Positions 1 to 9,763 of a stretch of DNA of 64,000 nucleotides are shown here, piece after piece. How positions within the stretch are numbered: position 1 is the stretch's first letter; each line of letters begins with the position of its first letter. A model generated the notes under the pieces. That model saw nothing but the letters and a program-made list of their open reading frames with translations. It had not been told where the DNA came from and did not search any database. A program made the position numbers and the translations under genes. This DNA comes from Candidatus Saccharimonadales bacterium (GTDB taxonomy: Bacteria; Patescibacteriota; Saccharimonadia; Saccharimonadales; JAUPVS01), in contig JBDSDR010000023.1 of assembly GCA_039920385.1 (NCBI GenBank), forward strand, positions 6,430 through 70,429, given 5' to 3'.

Positions 1-1524
1 TTTTACCTCAACCGGCCTGGTGTCAGTCGGTGTCCAGGAAACCTGAAAGTTAGTAATATCCTGTGGCGTACCAGCTGTAAAAGCCCTTGTCTGTCCACCA
101 AAACCATCCTTGGCACTCCAGGCATTTCCTGTAGTAGGAAAAGCATTAAGTTCAATGTATGCCAATTCCTGACCACCACTGTCTAATACCCCTGCACCCA
201 GCTGCGACCAGGTGGTCCCATTAGAATAGTACTGAGTACCGCCATTAATGTCGGTTGAAAGCCATAAACCGGCGCCAGCACTAGCGGCTGGACGACTGGC
301 GTTCAAGCCAGATCCTAGCCAGGTTGGTTTAGTGGCGATGGAAGCAGCTTGAAGGGTCGAAACTGGTTTGTTGGCGTCGCTTGTATTATTAACTTGATCG
401 AGTCCCACATCAGTTGGGGCTCCGGTTTGGAAGGTTGGTAAGGCATTAGCGCCATTAGATTTTAATATCTGCCCGCTGCTACCCGTGGCGAGGGTTTGGT
501 GAGCTCCCGTAGCGGTAGTTCCAGCGGCTTGTAAGCCATAGGCCGTAGTAGCAGTGGTGTTACCTGTTCCACCCTTGGCAACACTGACTTGAGTAGATAA
601 GGCAGCGTCCGTAATCTGCCCACCACCAGCGCCATTGGTATGGTTGTGCTGGGCGTTGGTAAAACTGGCGATAGTTGGCGTGGTGAGCGTCAAACCAGCT
701 ACCGTGGCAGCAGTGGCACCAAGGGCAATTGAGGTTGACCCAACCGTCACGGTACTGTTAGTCAGTGCACCATTTGGCAAGTTAGTGATCGTATTAGTTA
801 GACCACTAATAGATTTGTTGGTAAGAGTTTGCGCATCACTGTCACCGACAATGGCACCCGTTGGAGCAGCTTTGCCAGAGTCCTTAATAATCTTACCGGT
901 GGTACCGCTAAACGACACCAAATTGTCAGCAATAACGACACCAGGGCCAGACACATCACCGTTGCCGGTAGCATCAACATATGCTTTAACACTTTGTTGG
1001 GTCGGTACTTTAGTAGCAGAGTTACTGACCATGCTGTCTTCATCAATCACAAACTGCATAGCTGCTGTTGAGGTGTCAGATTCCATAACCGCACCAGCCG
1101 CATTGACGGTGGTAGCGTTGGTAACGTCAGCTCCGGCAGTTACCCCGTCGAGCTTGGTTTTGTCTGCCCCACTCATCAGTCCAGCCACAGTAGTGGTAGC
1201 GGTGTCTATAGGGTCACTACCGCCGCCTTTATGGCTGGCTGCATGCGCCCCTGGTGTCACCGTGGCATTACCAGGCATAGCCTGGTTGGCTCCGTTACCG
1301 AGGGTACGTAAACCAGCTACTCCGGCCGCGGGGTCGATGAGAGCCGGATCAATCTTTAGGTTCGTAACGGCCCCATCAGCTAATTTTACGGTTGTGATTG
1401 AACCATCTGCCACAAAAGCCGTGTCTTTAAGCGTTCCATCGGCGTTATGGGCGACACCTAAAAAGTCATTGAGGACGTTTCCCCATTGACCACTGTCTGC
1501 TCCTGGATTCGGAAGTCTTGCCAT
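1..1524 (-). CDS. Large Gly/Thr/Ala/Asn-rich surface protein with a phage tail-fibre-like N-terminal module. Partial: the C-terminus lies beyond the window start.
   Basis: Not in the ORF track because there is no stop inside the window. Manual translation from ATG at complement(1522..1524) gives MARLPNPGADSGQWGNVLNDFLGVAHNADGTLKDTAFVADGSITTVKLADGAVTNLKIDPALIDPAAGVAGLRTLGNGANQAMPGNATVTPGAHAASHKGGGSDPID... I checked every codon of this frame from 1524 down to 1 and found no stop (508 codons). The + ORF 635..1489 is its antisense shadow. Confidence 0.8.
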   Translation of the reverse strand, partial: MARLPNPGADSGQWGNVLNDFLGVAHNADGTLKDTAFVADGSITTVKLADGAVTNLKIDPALIDPAAGVAGLRTLGNGANQAMPGNATVTPGAHAASHKGGGSDPIDTATTTVAGLMSGADKTKLDGVTAGADVTNATTVNAAGAVMESDTSTAAMQFVIDEDSMVSNSATKVPTQQSVKAYVDATGNGDVSGPGVVIADNLVSFSGTTGKIIKDSGKAAPTGAIVGDSDAQTLTNKSISGLTNTITNLPNGALTNSTVTVGSTSIALGATAATVAGLTLTTPTIASFTNAQHNHTNGAGGGQITDAALSTQVSVAKGGTGNTTATTAYGLQAAGTTATGAHQTLATGSSGQILKSNGANALPTFQTGAPTDVGLDQVNNTSDANKPVSTLQAASIATKPTWLGSGLNASRPAASAGAGLWLSTDINGGTQYYSNGTTWSQLGAGVLDSGGQELAYIELNAFPTTGNAWSAKDGFGGQTRAFTAGTPQDITNFQVSWTPTDTRPVEVK

Positions 1525-1584
1525 TAGCCTAAATAGACCCTCATCTTGTTACCCTTTATGTTTAACAGTTTAACGCAGCCGAGG

Positions 1585-3792
1585 TTATTCGTCTAGAGCT
1601 TCGTCTTCCCCGTCAATAGGGATTTCGTCGTACACATCAGGCTTTCCAACGGGTGCTGGAGCGGCTGCGGCTGGCGGGAAGACTTCTTCGATAGAACTCA
1701 CCAAAACTTCGCGTGGACGAGCACCATCAGCTGGGCCAACAATTCCCTGTTCTTCCATTGATTCAATAATCCGAGCCGCACGGGCGTAACCTACCCGTAA
1801 GCGGCGTTGTAAGAGGCTGGTGCTGGCTTTTTTGCCGTCAATAACCACCTGTACGGCATCACGGAACATATCGTCATCGGCTTCGTTGGCACCAAAGTCG
1901 GCCACGACACCACCCTTGCCATTCAACTGAACTGGCTGGCTGACAACTTCATCGTCGTATTGTGGTGGCCGCTGCATACGTAAGAAATCAGTCACCTTCA
2001 TGGTTTCGCCGTCTTCGATAAAGGCCGCTTGAACACGTTTTGGCTTGGGCATTTCAGATGTTAACAGCAGCATATCACCGCGCCCCAGTAATTTCTCGGA
2101 GCCCATTTGATCGATAATTGTGCGCGAATCGATTTGGCTGGCTGTCGTAAAGGCAATCCTGGCAGGTACGTTAGCTTTAATAAGACCAGTAATAACGTCA
2201 ACTGACGGGCGCTGTGTGGCTAACACAAGGTGAATACCGGCGGCTCGAGCCTTTTGAGCTAAGCGCACAATTAAAGCTTCAACGTCGCGGGCGGCCACCA
2301 TCATCAAATCAGCCAACTCATCAATCACGATAACAATATAAGGCATGCCTTCTTCTTTTTTAAGATTGTTATATTCTTCGATATTACGACGGTTAACACC
2401 AGCCATAGTTTTTAAGCGGCGCTCCATTTCGGCAACGGCCCACTTAAGAGCACTGATGCACTTTTCGGGTTCGTTAATAACCGGAGTCAAGAGATGTGGA
2501 ATATCATTATAGGGAGTTAGTTCAACTTGCTTAGGGTCAACCAAAATCAGCTTTAAGTCTGACGGGCTATTTCGATACAACAAACTAGTTAAGATGTCGT
2601 TAATCATGACAGACTTACCGGAACCAGTTTGACCAGCCACTAGCAAGTGAGGCATTTTGGCCAAGTCACCGACAATCGGCACACCAGCGATATCTTTGCC
2701 AATTACAAAGCCCAATGGCCCTTTAACATCCTGCCACTCACTGGTAGTTAATAAACTACTCATGCGAACTGTGGCTGGCTTAACATTTGGTACCTCGATA
2801 CCGACGGCTCGTTTGCCAGGGATTGGAGCTTCGATACGAATTGAGTGTGCCGCCAAATCGAGTGCTAGGTTGTTCTCTAACGCCACAATCTTTGTCAATT
2901 TAACACCGGTTGGCGGCTTCAGGGTGTATTGAGTCACACGGGGCCCAATATTAGCACCTTCCATCTCTACATCTATATTAAAGTGTTTAAACGAGTCCTT
3001 AATTGCCTTGGCATTACCCTCGATATCACCAGCATCGGCCTTGTCTTGTTTCTGGTTTAATAGGCTGAGTGATGGGTACTTCCAATCTGGGTCACTAGCC
3101 GTCGTTAGGGCTTCGTGGTTTTCGCTTGGGGCTACCTTTTGAGCCGAGTTACGGAAGCTGCTCATGCGAGCTGGGTTATGATGCTCGACCGGCACGCCTT
3201 CATTCAGTTTGAAATTGCTTGGCTCAGCTTTTTGCTTCAGTTCGGCTAGCTCGTCATCGCCTTCTCTGTGTTTGAACAAGTTTCCGATACCCAAAATTAC
3301 GCGCGGTGAAATTCCAAAAGCAAAAAAGAAGGCCAGAACTCCAAAGACTATAAATAATAGGCTGGCGGGGATCTGGTCGAGGATATTTAACAGAGTCATG
3401 CCCAGGCCTTGGCCGACTACGCCGCCATGGCCACCACTGAATGTGTCATTAGATTTGACCGCAAAAGCGACAGTTAGCCAGGCTGCACTGAGCGATACAA
3501 AAGCCAACATACTCACAAATTTCGCCAATGGGATTTGGCGATCTTCGCTAACAAATTTGTGAACACCAAAAAATACTAAAGCGACTGGCGCCAGCCAGGC
3601 TGCCCAGCCAAGTGTCCAGTAAGCAGCGTGGAATAGCGTTTGCGGTAAACTGCCGCCCGTCCCAAAGCCGCCAATCAATAGGAATAGAGCCGTTATAATC
3701 ATTAGGACTGCACCGGTATAGGCCCAGAACGGTGACGGTTCGGTAACTTCGACTTTTTTCTTTTTACTTGCTGCTTTTTTCTTTTTTGCCAT
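1585..3792 (-). CDS. ftsK: DNA translocase FtsK/SpoIIIE
   Basis: Lys-rich N-terminus, then four hydrophobic helices and a linker. The motor domain has Walker A GQTGSGKS and Walker B VIVIDELADL. The C-terminal gamma winged helix reads LLQRRLRVGYARAARIIESMEEQGIVGP. Confidence 0.95.
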   Translation of the reverse strand: MAKKKKAASKKKKVEVTEPSPFWAYTGAVLMIITALFLLIGGFGTGGSLPQTLFHAAYWTLGWAAWLAPVALVFFGVHKFVSEDRQIPLAKFVSMLAFVSLSAAWLTVAFAVKSNDTFSGGHGGVVGQGLGMTLLNILDQIPASLLFIVFGVLAFFFAFGISPRVILGIGNLFKHREGDDELAELKQKAEPSNFKLNEGVPVEHHNPARMSSFRNSAQKVAPSENHEALTTASDPDWKYPSLSLLNQKQDKADAGDIEGNAKAIKDSFKHFNIDVEMEGANIGPRVTQYTLKPPTGVKLTKIVALENNLALDLAAHSIRIEAPIPGKRAVGIEVPNVKPATVRMSSLLTTSEWQDVKGPLGFVIGKDIAGVPIVGDLAKMPHLLVAGQTGSGKSVMINDILTSLLYRNSPSDLKLILVDPKQVELTPYNDIPHLLTPVINEPEKCISALKWAVAEMERRLKTMAGVNRRNIEEYNNLKKEEGMPYIVIVIDELADLMMVAARDVEALIVRLAQKARAAGIHLVLATQRPSVDVITGLIKANVPARIAFTTASQIDSRTIIDQMGSEKLLGRGDMLLLTSEMPKPKRVQAAFIEDGETMKVTDFLRMQRPPQYDDEVVSQPVQLNGKGGVVADFGANEADDDMFRDAVQVVIDGKKASTSLLQRRLRVGYARAARIIESMEEQGIVGPADGARPREVLVSSIEEVFPPAAAAPAPVGKPDVYDEIPIDGEDEALDE

Positions 3793-3814
3793 AACTGTTT
3801 TGATTATATCACTT

Positions 3815-4114
3815 TTATCTGTTTTGCGGGGGTTGGGTGGGGTTCAAAATCTGACGACTAAGGTTGCGGCTCTCCCCGTCCAAAATGGCCGCGAATCTCT
3901 GTCGAGCGGCGTCCTCGCGAGTCGCAATCGCCGCTTCGATGTCATGGTAGACGCCTTCTGCCCAGATCTCCGTGGTATCACCGTGCATCTCGGCTGGAGG
4001 GAAACCTTTTAGCCACTCCTTAGCAGCATATAAATCAGCTAGCTCAGGATCACCGTAAGAGGCTTCGAGAGCCTCTTCGGAATGACCGTGTTCAACAAAA
4101 TAGTGCTGTATCAT
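3815..4114 (-). CDS. Hypothetical small acidic protein (99 aa)
   Basis: Longest ORF in this gap. A -10-like TATAGT lies 6 nt upstream of the ATG. No recognisable motif. Confidence 0.45.
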   Translation of the reverse strand: MIQHYFVEHGHSEEALEASYGDPELADLYAAKEWLKGFPPAEMHGDTTEIWAEGVYHDIEAAIATREDAARQRFAAILDGESRNLSRQILNPTQPPQNR

Positions 4115-4152
4115 AGCTATACTATAGCAATTATTACAACGTTTGTCAATGG

Positions 4153-6291
4153 CTAGTCGGGTTGGTCAGTACCGAGTAAACGTGCCCGCATGGCCTGGAA
4201 ACGCTTTTGTTGTTCGGCAGCACTGTCTTCTTGAGATTGGGCAGTTTCAGTTGTCGGCTGAGACTCGTCTTCTGTAGCGTTGGCCGGCGCCGGACGACTA
4301 CCTCGGTTAGCGCTTGGCTTACCATCTGGCTTACCACCGCCAATAACATTAACTACTGGTATGACGATTGGTGAACGACCGGTTTTTTCATACAGGAAGT
4401 GAGTAACGTGCTCTTTAATCTCCTGTTTGAAGCGATCGAGGTCAATCCGCTTAAAGCGTTGACCGACTGCTCGGCGCAGTTCGGTTCGGAAATCGTTCAT
4501 CAACTCCTCAGAGTCACGCATATAGATGAAACCGCGACTGATGATATCTGGGCTTGTTAGTAAGTTACCAGACTTACGATCAACCGTAAGAATGATTGAC
4601 ACAAAGCCTTCCTCGGCCAGCATCAGGCGGTCTTTAACTACTACGTTGTTTACAATTGTGCCAGTCTGGTCGACCAAAATGATACCGTGCGGTACATCGG
4701 CAATAATTTGCATGTGGTCAGCAGTTAGGGCAACAACATCACCGTTATCAAAGTTCAAAGTATTCTTACGAGGTATCCCCTGTTCGACAGCAATCTCGAT
4801 GTGCTGACGCTTGGCCGTAAAGTCACCATAAATTGGCATAAAGAATTTTGGCTTAGTAAAGTCAATCATGTCTTTATACTCATCGATACTAGCGTGACCA
4901 GATACGTGCAATGGGCCGCAGCCATCAATTTCGCGCGTTTCGTGACGGAATACGTGTACACCCTTACGATAGAGGTCGTCTACCATAGAACGAACTAGCG
5001 CATCGTTACCAGAGTAAGGGATTGGTGTGCTAGACAAGATTACGGTGTCTTGCTCTTTAAGTTTAACGTGGCGGTGTTCGCCGTTACTCATTCGTTGCAG
5101 GGCTGAGTTTGGCTCACCTTGTGAACCAGTACAGACCACTACAACTTCTTCGTCTTTCATAGTGCCAACAGCGGCGATTGGTACAAAGGTCCCCTTAGGA
5201 ATCTTGGCAAAGCCGAGGCGGACAGCCATTTCGAGGGTACTAACCATACTACGGCCATCCATAGCCACCTTGCGACCGTTTTGGACGGCAGCGTTAATGA
5301 TCATCTGGACGCGGTTCATGTTGGTTGAGAACAAGCCGATAAAGATACGGCCTGGGGCTTGATTCATAATGTCGATGAAGCTTTGTTCGATAGTGCTTTC
5401 GCTAGGAGTTCGGCCAGGGCGTTCGGTAGTAGTACTCTCACTTAAGAGCGCTAGGACACCTTCGTCACCCAGCTCCTTGAGGCGCTCAATATCACTACGC
5501 TCATGATCGAGCGGATTGGGGTCTAAACGGAAATCACCGGTGTTAATAATCCGGCCGACTGGCGTATCGACAACTATACAAGTTGAGCCAGGGATAGAGT
5601 GAGTAATCCTAACTAGTTCAACGAAAAATTCGCCAACCTTGAGGCGTTCGTGATTGTCTTCATTCATAACGACAGTTTTAAGTTCAAAACCATCAGGTTG
5701 CGGTAGACCGAAGTTCTGGAAGATTTCTTCGACCCGTCCAATTGTAAAACGGCTACCATATACTGGGGCTGGGAACATCGGCAGGATATGTGGTAAGCCA
5801 CCAATGTGGTCCAAGTGACCATGGGTAATAACGTAGCCCTTAAGTTTATGTTTTATGGTTTCTAGATAGGTGGTGTCGGCAATACCATAGTTGATACCTG
5901 GCAAATCGACACCAAGGTCGTTACCGCAATCCATGATAATGGCATCGTTTAGATACTCCATGATAATCATATTCTTTGAGCCACCACCATCTTGGCCACC
6001 AAGAGCGATGATTTTTACTTGTGGTCCGTCGTCAATCATTGGCGCACGGCGCGGTTTGTCGCTAGTCTTGGTAGCACTAGGCAAATACTTGTTGGCAATC
6101 TTTTGAGCATCGTCTTGTGAACGACGCTGGGCGCGAATTGCGGCGCCTCGGCTGGCACTACGGCCACTGCCGCTACCGGCCGAATTAGGGCTTGGTTTGC
6201 GGTTGTTGCCACCGCGACTTTGGGCCGGCCGTTTAGGCTGGCTATCGTCGGAACCTTGCGGTCTTGGTGGTCTTGGTTTAGTTGTTTGCAT
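4153..6291 (-). CDS. rnj: Ribonuclease J (metallo-beta-lactamase/beta-CASP) with basic disordered N- and C-terminal extensions
   Basis: HGHLDHIGG motif, beta-CASP region and RNase J C-terminal domain. SD GGAGA lies upstream of the ATG. The first ~90 aa are R/S/G/P-rich. Confidence 0.9.
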   Translation of the reverse strand: MQTTKPRPPRPQGSDDSQPKRPAQSRGGNNRKPSPNSAGSGSGRSASRGAAIRAQRRSQDDAQKIANKYLPSATKTSDKPRRAPMIDDGPQVKIIALGGQDGGGSKNMIIMEYLNDAIIMDCGNDLGVDLPGINYGIADTTYLETIKHKLKGYVITHGHLDHIGGLPHILPMFPAPVYGSRFTIGRVEEIFQNFGLPQPDGFELKTVVMNEDNHERLKVGEFFVELVRITHSIPGSTCIVVDTPVGRIINTGDFRLDPNPLDHERSDIERLKELGDEGVLALLSESTTTERPGRTPSESTIEQSFIDIMNQAPGRIFIGLFSTNMNRVQMIINAAVQNGRKVAMDGRSMVSTLEMAVRLGFAKIPKGTFVPIAAVGTMKDEEVVVVCTGSQGEPNSALQRMSNGEHRHVKLKEQDTVILSSTPIPYSGNDALVRSMVDDLYRKGVHVFRHETREIDGCGPLHVSGHASIDEYKDMIDFTKPKFFMPIYGDFTAKRQHIEIAVEQGIPRKNTLNFDNGDVVALTADHMQIIADVPHGIILVDQTGTIVNNVVVKDRLMLAEEGFVSIILTVDRKSGNLLTSPDIISRGFIYMRDSEELMNDFRTELRRAVGQRFKRIDLDRFKQEIKEHVTHFLYEKTGRSPIVIPVVNVIGGGKPDGKPSANRGSRPAPANATEDESQPTTETAQSQEDSAAEQQKRFQAMRARLLGTDQPD

Positions 6292-6329
6292 ATTATTTTC
6301 TCCTTTTTAGAGATTTGTTATTTAGTTTC

Positions 6330-6887
6330 TTATAAAGTTTCGATTATTGCCGGAATAGTGGCAAAGTCATCGAGTAGGGTTTGACGTAATCCGCCGTTAT
6401 AAAGCGCTGCGGCCGGGTGGTAAAGTGGCAGGTAAACCTGCTTAGCTTTGCGCTGCGGCTGGCCATGTACATCACTAATTTTTAGCCCTGGTAGAAAGCA
6501 CTCCATGCTGTGCTTACCGAGAGTAATGATTAGTTTTGGCTGAATAATCGCCATCTGTTGCTGCAAGTAGGGCAGAAAAGCTGCCTTCTCTTCCGGCAAC
6601 GGATCACGATTATTGGGGGGTCGGTATTTAACAATGTTAGTAATGTAAATGTCTTCCCGCTTGAGGTCAATCGCCCCAAGCATTTCGTCTAAAAACTTAC
6701 CGGCGGCGCCGACAAACGGCAGACCTTTGATATCCTCATTTTTGCCCGGTGCTTCGCCGATGAATACAATATTGGCATCCGGGTTGCCCTCACCCATGAC
6801 TAACTGCGTAGCGGTTTCGGCTAGTTCTGGGCAAACCTTATCGGCAAGGATTTGGGCTTTTAGTTTGTTGAGTTTGTCTTGATTCAT
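6330..6887 (-). CDS. Uracil-DNA glycosylase, family-4-like
   Basis: Motifs GEGNPDANIVFIGEAPGKNEDIKGLPFVGAAGKFL and NIVKYRPPNNRDP. The Fe-S cysteines expected for family 4 are not present (see findings). Confidence 0.8.
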   Translation of the reverse strand: MNQDKLNKLKAQILADKVCPELAETATQLVMGEGNPDANIVFIGEAPGKNEDIKGLPFVGAAGKFLDEMLGAIDLKREDIYITNIVKYRPPNNRDPLPEEKAAFLPYLQQQMAIIQPKLIITLGKHSMECFLPGLKISDVHGQPQRKAKQVYLPLYHPAAALYNGGLRQTLLDDFATIPAIIETL

Positions 6888-7081
6888 TTTTTTCTAATAA
6901 ACTGGATAACATTCTGGATACCGCCGATAAGTAGCAGTAGCGTAAAGCCATACTGCCACCAGCTACCAGTATCCAATGCCCGTGAGCCAATTAAGTAAGC
7001 TAGTGCCAACTCGATAGTTGCCATAGTGGCATAGCCACGGCGAGTTTTATGCCAGTTATCAAACGCCTTAACGATGTTCAT
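6884..7081 (-). CDS. Small two-helix membrane protein (65 aa)
   Basis: Two hydrophobic segments. Its stop overlaps the udg start by 4 nt, which suggests coupling. Confidence 0.5.
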   Translation of the reverse strand: MNIVKAFDNWHKTRRGYATMATIELALAYLIGSRALDTGSWWQYGFTLLLLIGGIQNVIQFIRKK

Positions 7082-7084
7082 TGT

Positions 7085-9223
7085 TTAGCCTTTCTTATCT
7101 TTGAGCTCTCTGGCAACTGCCTTCATGGATAGTTGTAGACGGCCTTTATCGTCGATGGCCAGCAGTTTTACATCAACTAAGTCGCCTTCTTTCACGACAT
7201 CACTGACACGCTCAACACGCTCTTCTTTAAGTTCACTGACATGAACTAGACCATCTTTACCGGGCATTATTTCGACAAACGCACCAAAGTCCATGACTGT
7301 TTTAACTGGGGCTTTGGTATAAATCTTGCCAACTTCAGGCTCGGCAACTAGGTTTTGGATAAACTCTTTAGCAGCGTCAATCGACTTTTTGTTAGGGCTA
7401 GCAATAAAGACCAAACCGTCATCCTTGATGTCGATCTCGGCACCAGTATCGGCGATGATGCGATTAATCATTTCGCCGCCCTTGCCAATCACTTCACGAA
7501 TTTTATCTGGGTTAATCTGAATTGACTCGACACGAGGCGCATATGGGCTCATCTCAGCCGGCTTACTTATAGTCGTAATCATATGCTTGAGAATGTGGTT
7601 ACGGCCGTCCTTACCCTGCTCCAAAGCTTGCTTGAGCACTTCTATTGGCAAACCATGAACCTTCATGTCCATCTGAAGTGCAGTAATACCCTTTTCGGTA
7701 CCAGCTACCTTAAAGTCCATATCGCCAGCAAAGTCTTCGGCATCGGCAATGTCACTTAAGATGATGGGCTTGTCGCCGTTCATCATCAGACCCATGGCAA
7801 TACCACTGACCGGGGCTTTAAGAGGCACACCGGCGTCGAGTAATGCCAAACAACTAGAACAGGTTGCCGCCATGCTGGTTGAACCGTTTTGGCTCATAAT
7901 TTCGGTGACGGAACGGATGGTATATGGGAATTCTAGTTCGGTTGGCAATACAGCAGCTAGAGCACGTTCGGCTAGGTAACCGTGGCCAATTTCGCGGCGG
8001 CCTGGGCTTCCGAGTCGCTTAACTTCACCAACGGTATAGCCAGGAGCGTTGTAGTGGTGGAAATAGCGGCGTTCGCCCTCTTTTTCCATGGTGTCGATCA
8101 GTTGTACGTAACTTAACGGTGCAACTGTAACAATGTTTAAAGCTTGGGTTAAGCCACGAGTAAAGATGCTTGAACCATGGGTTCGTGGCAACACGCCAAC
8201 TTCGCTGCTGAGTTCGCGAACTTCGGTTAACTTACGACCGTCGGGGCGAATCCCCTCTTCGACAATGCCCTGACGGACATCTTTATGAAGGGCCAGTTGG
8301 AAGGCATCATTGTATTCGTTTTTAAGTTCACCGTAGGCTTCCTCGCCAATTTCTTCGACGAAGTGATCCTTCATTTGGTCACGCAGTTTGGCAACTAAGT
8401 CGTTGCGTTCTGGATATGCCCGGCGCAAGTCGGCACCTAATTTACCAGCTACCCAAGTTTCAACCCGTTGCTGTATATCAGTATCAGGCAAACTAAGTTG
8501 GTAGTCTTGCTCCGTTACGCCAACCTTTTTGGCTAGTTCTTGTTGCAACTTGATCGCTGGTTGCATAGCCTTCTGTGCAAAAGCGATGCCTTCAAGAACT
8601 TCTTCTTCAGTGGCTTCGTTAGCACCAGCTTCGACCATCATGACACCGTTTTCGGTACCGGCTACAACTAGGTCGAGTTTACCATCGAGTTCTTCGGGGG
8701 TGGCAAAGGCTTTAAACTTGCCGTCAACCATGGCAACACGCAAACCAGCCACAGGGCCGTCAAATGGCGCGCCAGTTAGCATAAAGGCGGCGCTAAGGGC
8801 GATCATAGCCACCATGTCGGGGCGGAAGTCTGGATCCATACTTAAGACGCTGGCCACACCCTGAACTTCGTGCCTATAGCCTTTTGGCCATAGTGGGCGG
8901 ATTGGGCGATCGATAATGCGACCAATCAAGATAGCATCGTCACTAGGGCGACCTTCGCGCTTAATGTAACGACTGCCGCTAATCTTACCGGCAGCATACA
9001 TCTTCTCTTCGTAATCAATGCTTAATGGAAAGTAATCGAAGCCCTGCAAAGGCTTAGCACCAACCATAGTGCTGGCTAAAACTACGGTATCACCGTAACG
9101 AGCCACGACTGAAGCAGTGGTTCTAAAGCCTAAGCGGCCGACTTCGAGACTGAGGGTGCGTCCGCATAGCTCGGTTTCGACTTTAATAATTGGTTTACCA
9201 GTTGGGTTAATGGTTTGTCCCAT
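7085..9223 (-). CDS. pnp: Polyribonucleotide nucleotidyltransferase (PNPase)
   Basis: Two RNase PH domains, a KH domain (GKGGEMINRI) and an S1 domain. I place the start at Met32 of the track ORF (MGQTINP...), which is preceded by GAAAGGA. The track start at 9316 would add a non-conserved extension. Confidence 0.93.
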   Translation of the reverse strand: MGQTINPTGKPIIKVETELCGRTLSLEVGRLGFRTTASVVARYGDTVVLASTMVGAKPLQGFDYFPLSIDYEEKMYAAGKISGSRYIKREGRPSDDAILIGRIIDRPIRPLWPKGYRHEVQGVASVLSMDPDFRPDMVAMIALSAAFMLTGAPFDGPVAGLRVAMVDGKFKAFATPEELDGKLDLVVAGTENGVMMVEAGANEATEEEVLEGIAFAQKAMQPAIKLQQELAKKVGVTEQDYQLSLPDTDIQQRVETWVAGKLGADLRRAYPERNDLVAKLRDQMKDHFVEEIGEEAYGELKNEYNDAFQLALHKDVRQGIVEEGIRPDGRKLTEVRELSSEVGVLPRTHGSSIFTRGLTQALNIVTVAPLSYVQLIDTMEKEGERRYFHHYNAPGYTVGEVKRLGSPGRREIGHGYLAERALAAVLPTELEFPYTIRSVTEIMSQNGSTSMAATCSSCLALLDAGVPLKAPVSGIAMGLMMNGDKPIILSDIADAEDFAGDMDFKVAGTEKGITALQMDMKVHGLPIEVLKQALEQGKDGRNHILKHMITTISKPAEMSPYAPRVESIQINPDKIREVIGKGGEMINRIIADTGAEIDIKDDGLVFIASPNKKSIDAAKEFIQNLVAEPEVGKIYTKAPVKTVMDFGAFVEIMPGKDGLVHVSELKEERVERVSDVVKEGDLVDVKLLAIDDKGRLQLSMKAVARELKDKKG

Positions 9224-9359
9224 AGTGTCCTTTCGGGGAGTAGTGTTGGTTGCACGGGGCAAATCTATAAATGGCCTCTTGTGCGGGTGTGCCAAGTAAG
9301 ATCTGTTACTGTACAACCAATACCAATGTTAGTGAGCTTTTTAATGTGCACAAGCTTGG

Positions 9360-9378
9360 GCGGCCACGACGCGGCCGC
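9360..9378 (-). promoter_or_regulatory. GC-rich stem-loop between rpsO and pnp (possible processing or attenuation hairpin)
   Basis: GCGGCC (9360-9365) pairs perfectly with GGCCGC (9373-9378). No U-run follows. The position matches the rpsO-pnp intergenic hairpin known in other bacteria. Confidence 0.35.
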
Positions 9379-9393
9379 GCCAGTCTACGCAAA

Positions 9394-9660
9394 TTAGCGG
9401 CGAATTTTAAGCTTTTCGGTGATTTCTAGGTATTTGTTGCTGTCTTTTTTAGCTAAGTAACGGAGTAGGCGCTTGCGTTGGCCAACCATCTGCAAAAGTC
9501 CCCGGCGAGCCATGTGGTCTTTTTTGTTGGTTTGAAGATGCTCAGTTAGCTCGGCGATGCGGCTAGTCAAAATACCGACCTGTACCTCTGGTGAACCAGT
9601 GTCTTTGGGGTTGGTTTGTAAATCTTTGATGATAGTAGCTTTTTTCTCGGTTGTAATCAT
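9394..9660 (-). CDS. rpsO: 30S ribosomal protein S15
   Basis: 88 aa with [29 protein letters not shown], the S15 signature. Conserved rpsO-pnp synteny. Confidence 0.97.
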   Translation of the reverse strand: MITTEKKATIIKDLQTNPKDTGSPEVQVGILTSRIAELTEHLQTNKKDHMARRGLLQMVGQRKRLLRYLAKKDSNKYLEITEKLKIRR

Positions 9661-9714
9661 GTATTTCCTTATTCCTTTGATAACAGTTAGAGGTTGGTGA
9701 TGACGTTAGACCCA

Positions 9715-9743
9715 ATTATAGCAGACTCGCCCCTGTTTATCAA
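9715..9743 (-). promoter_or_regulatory. Sigma-70-type promoter for rpsO
   Basis: On the minus strand: TTGATA (9743-9738), a 17-nt spacer, then TATAAT (9720-9715). It lies about 55 nt upstream of the rpsO ATG, which has an AAGGAA SD. Confidence 0.6.
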
Positions 9744-9763
9744 CCCTAAAACAACTTTTTTGT

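Noticed and set aside
635-1489. 284-aa plus-strand ORF (with nested ORFs 798..1046 and 829..1071)
   Set aside because: It is the antisense shadow of the 508-codon minus-strand frame 1..1524. That frame has a convincing N-terminus, an upstream context and no stops. The plus-strand product is V/A/L/P/S-rich, which is typical of a reverse-frame artefact.
1585-3792. FtsK as a possible T4SS coupling protein for the pilin-like operon
   Set aside because: It has the canonical chromosomal FtsK layout (four N-terminal TM helices, linker, motor and gamma winged-helix). It also lies 56 kb from the pilin genes.
9224-9316. Longer N-terminal extensions offered by the ORF track for pnp (9316), the CDP-alcohol transferase (34154), the PHP protein (34815), tsaD (45857) and others
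   Set aside because: The extensions overlap neighbouring genes or add non-conserved or hydrophobic junk before well-known N-terminal motifs. Internal ATGs with an SD or a -10 context fit better.
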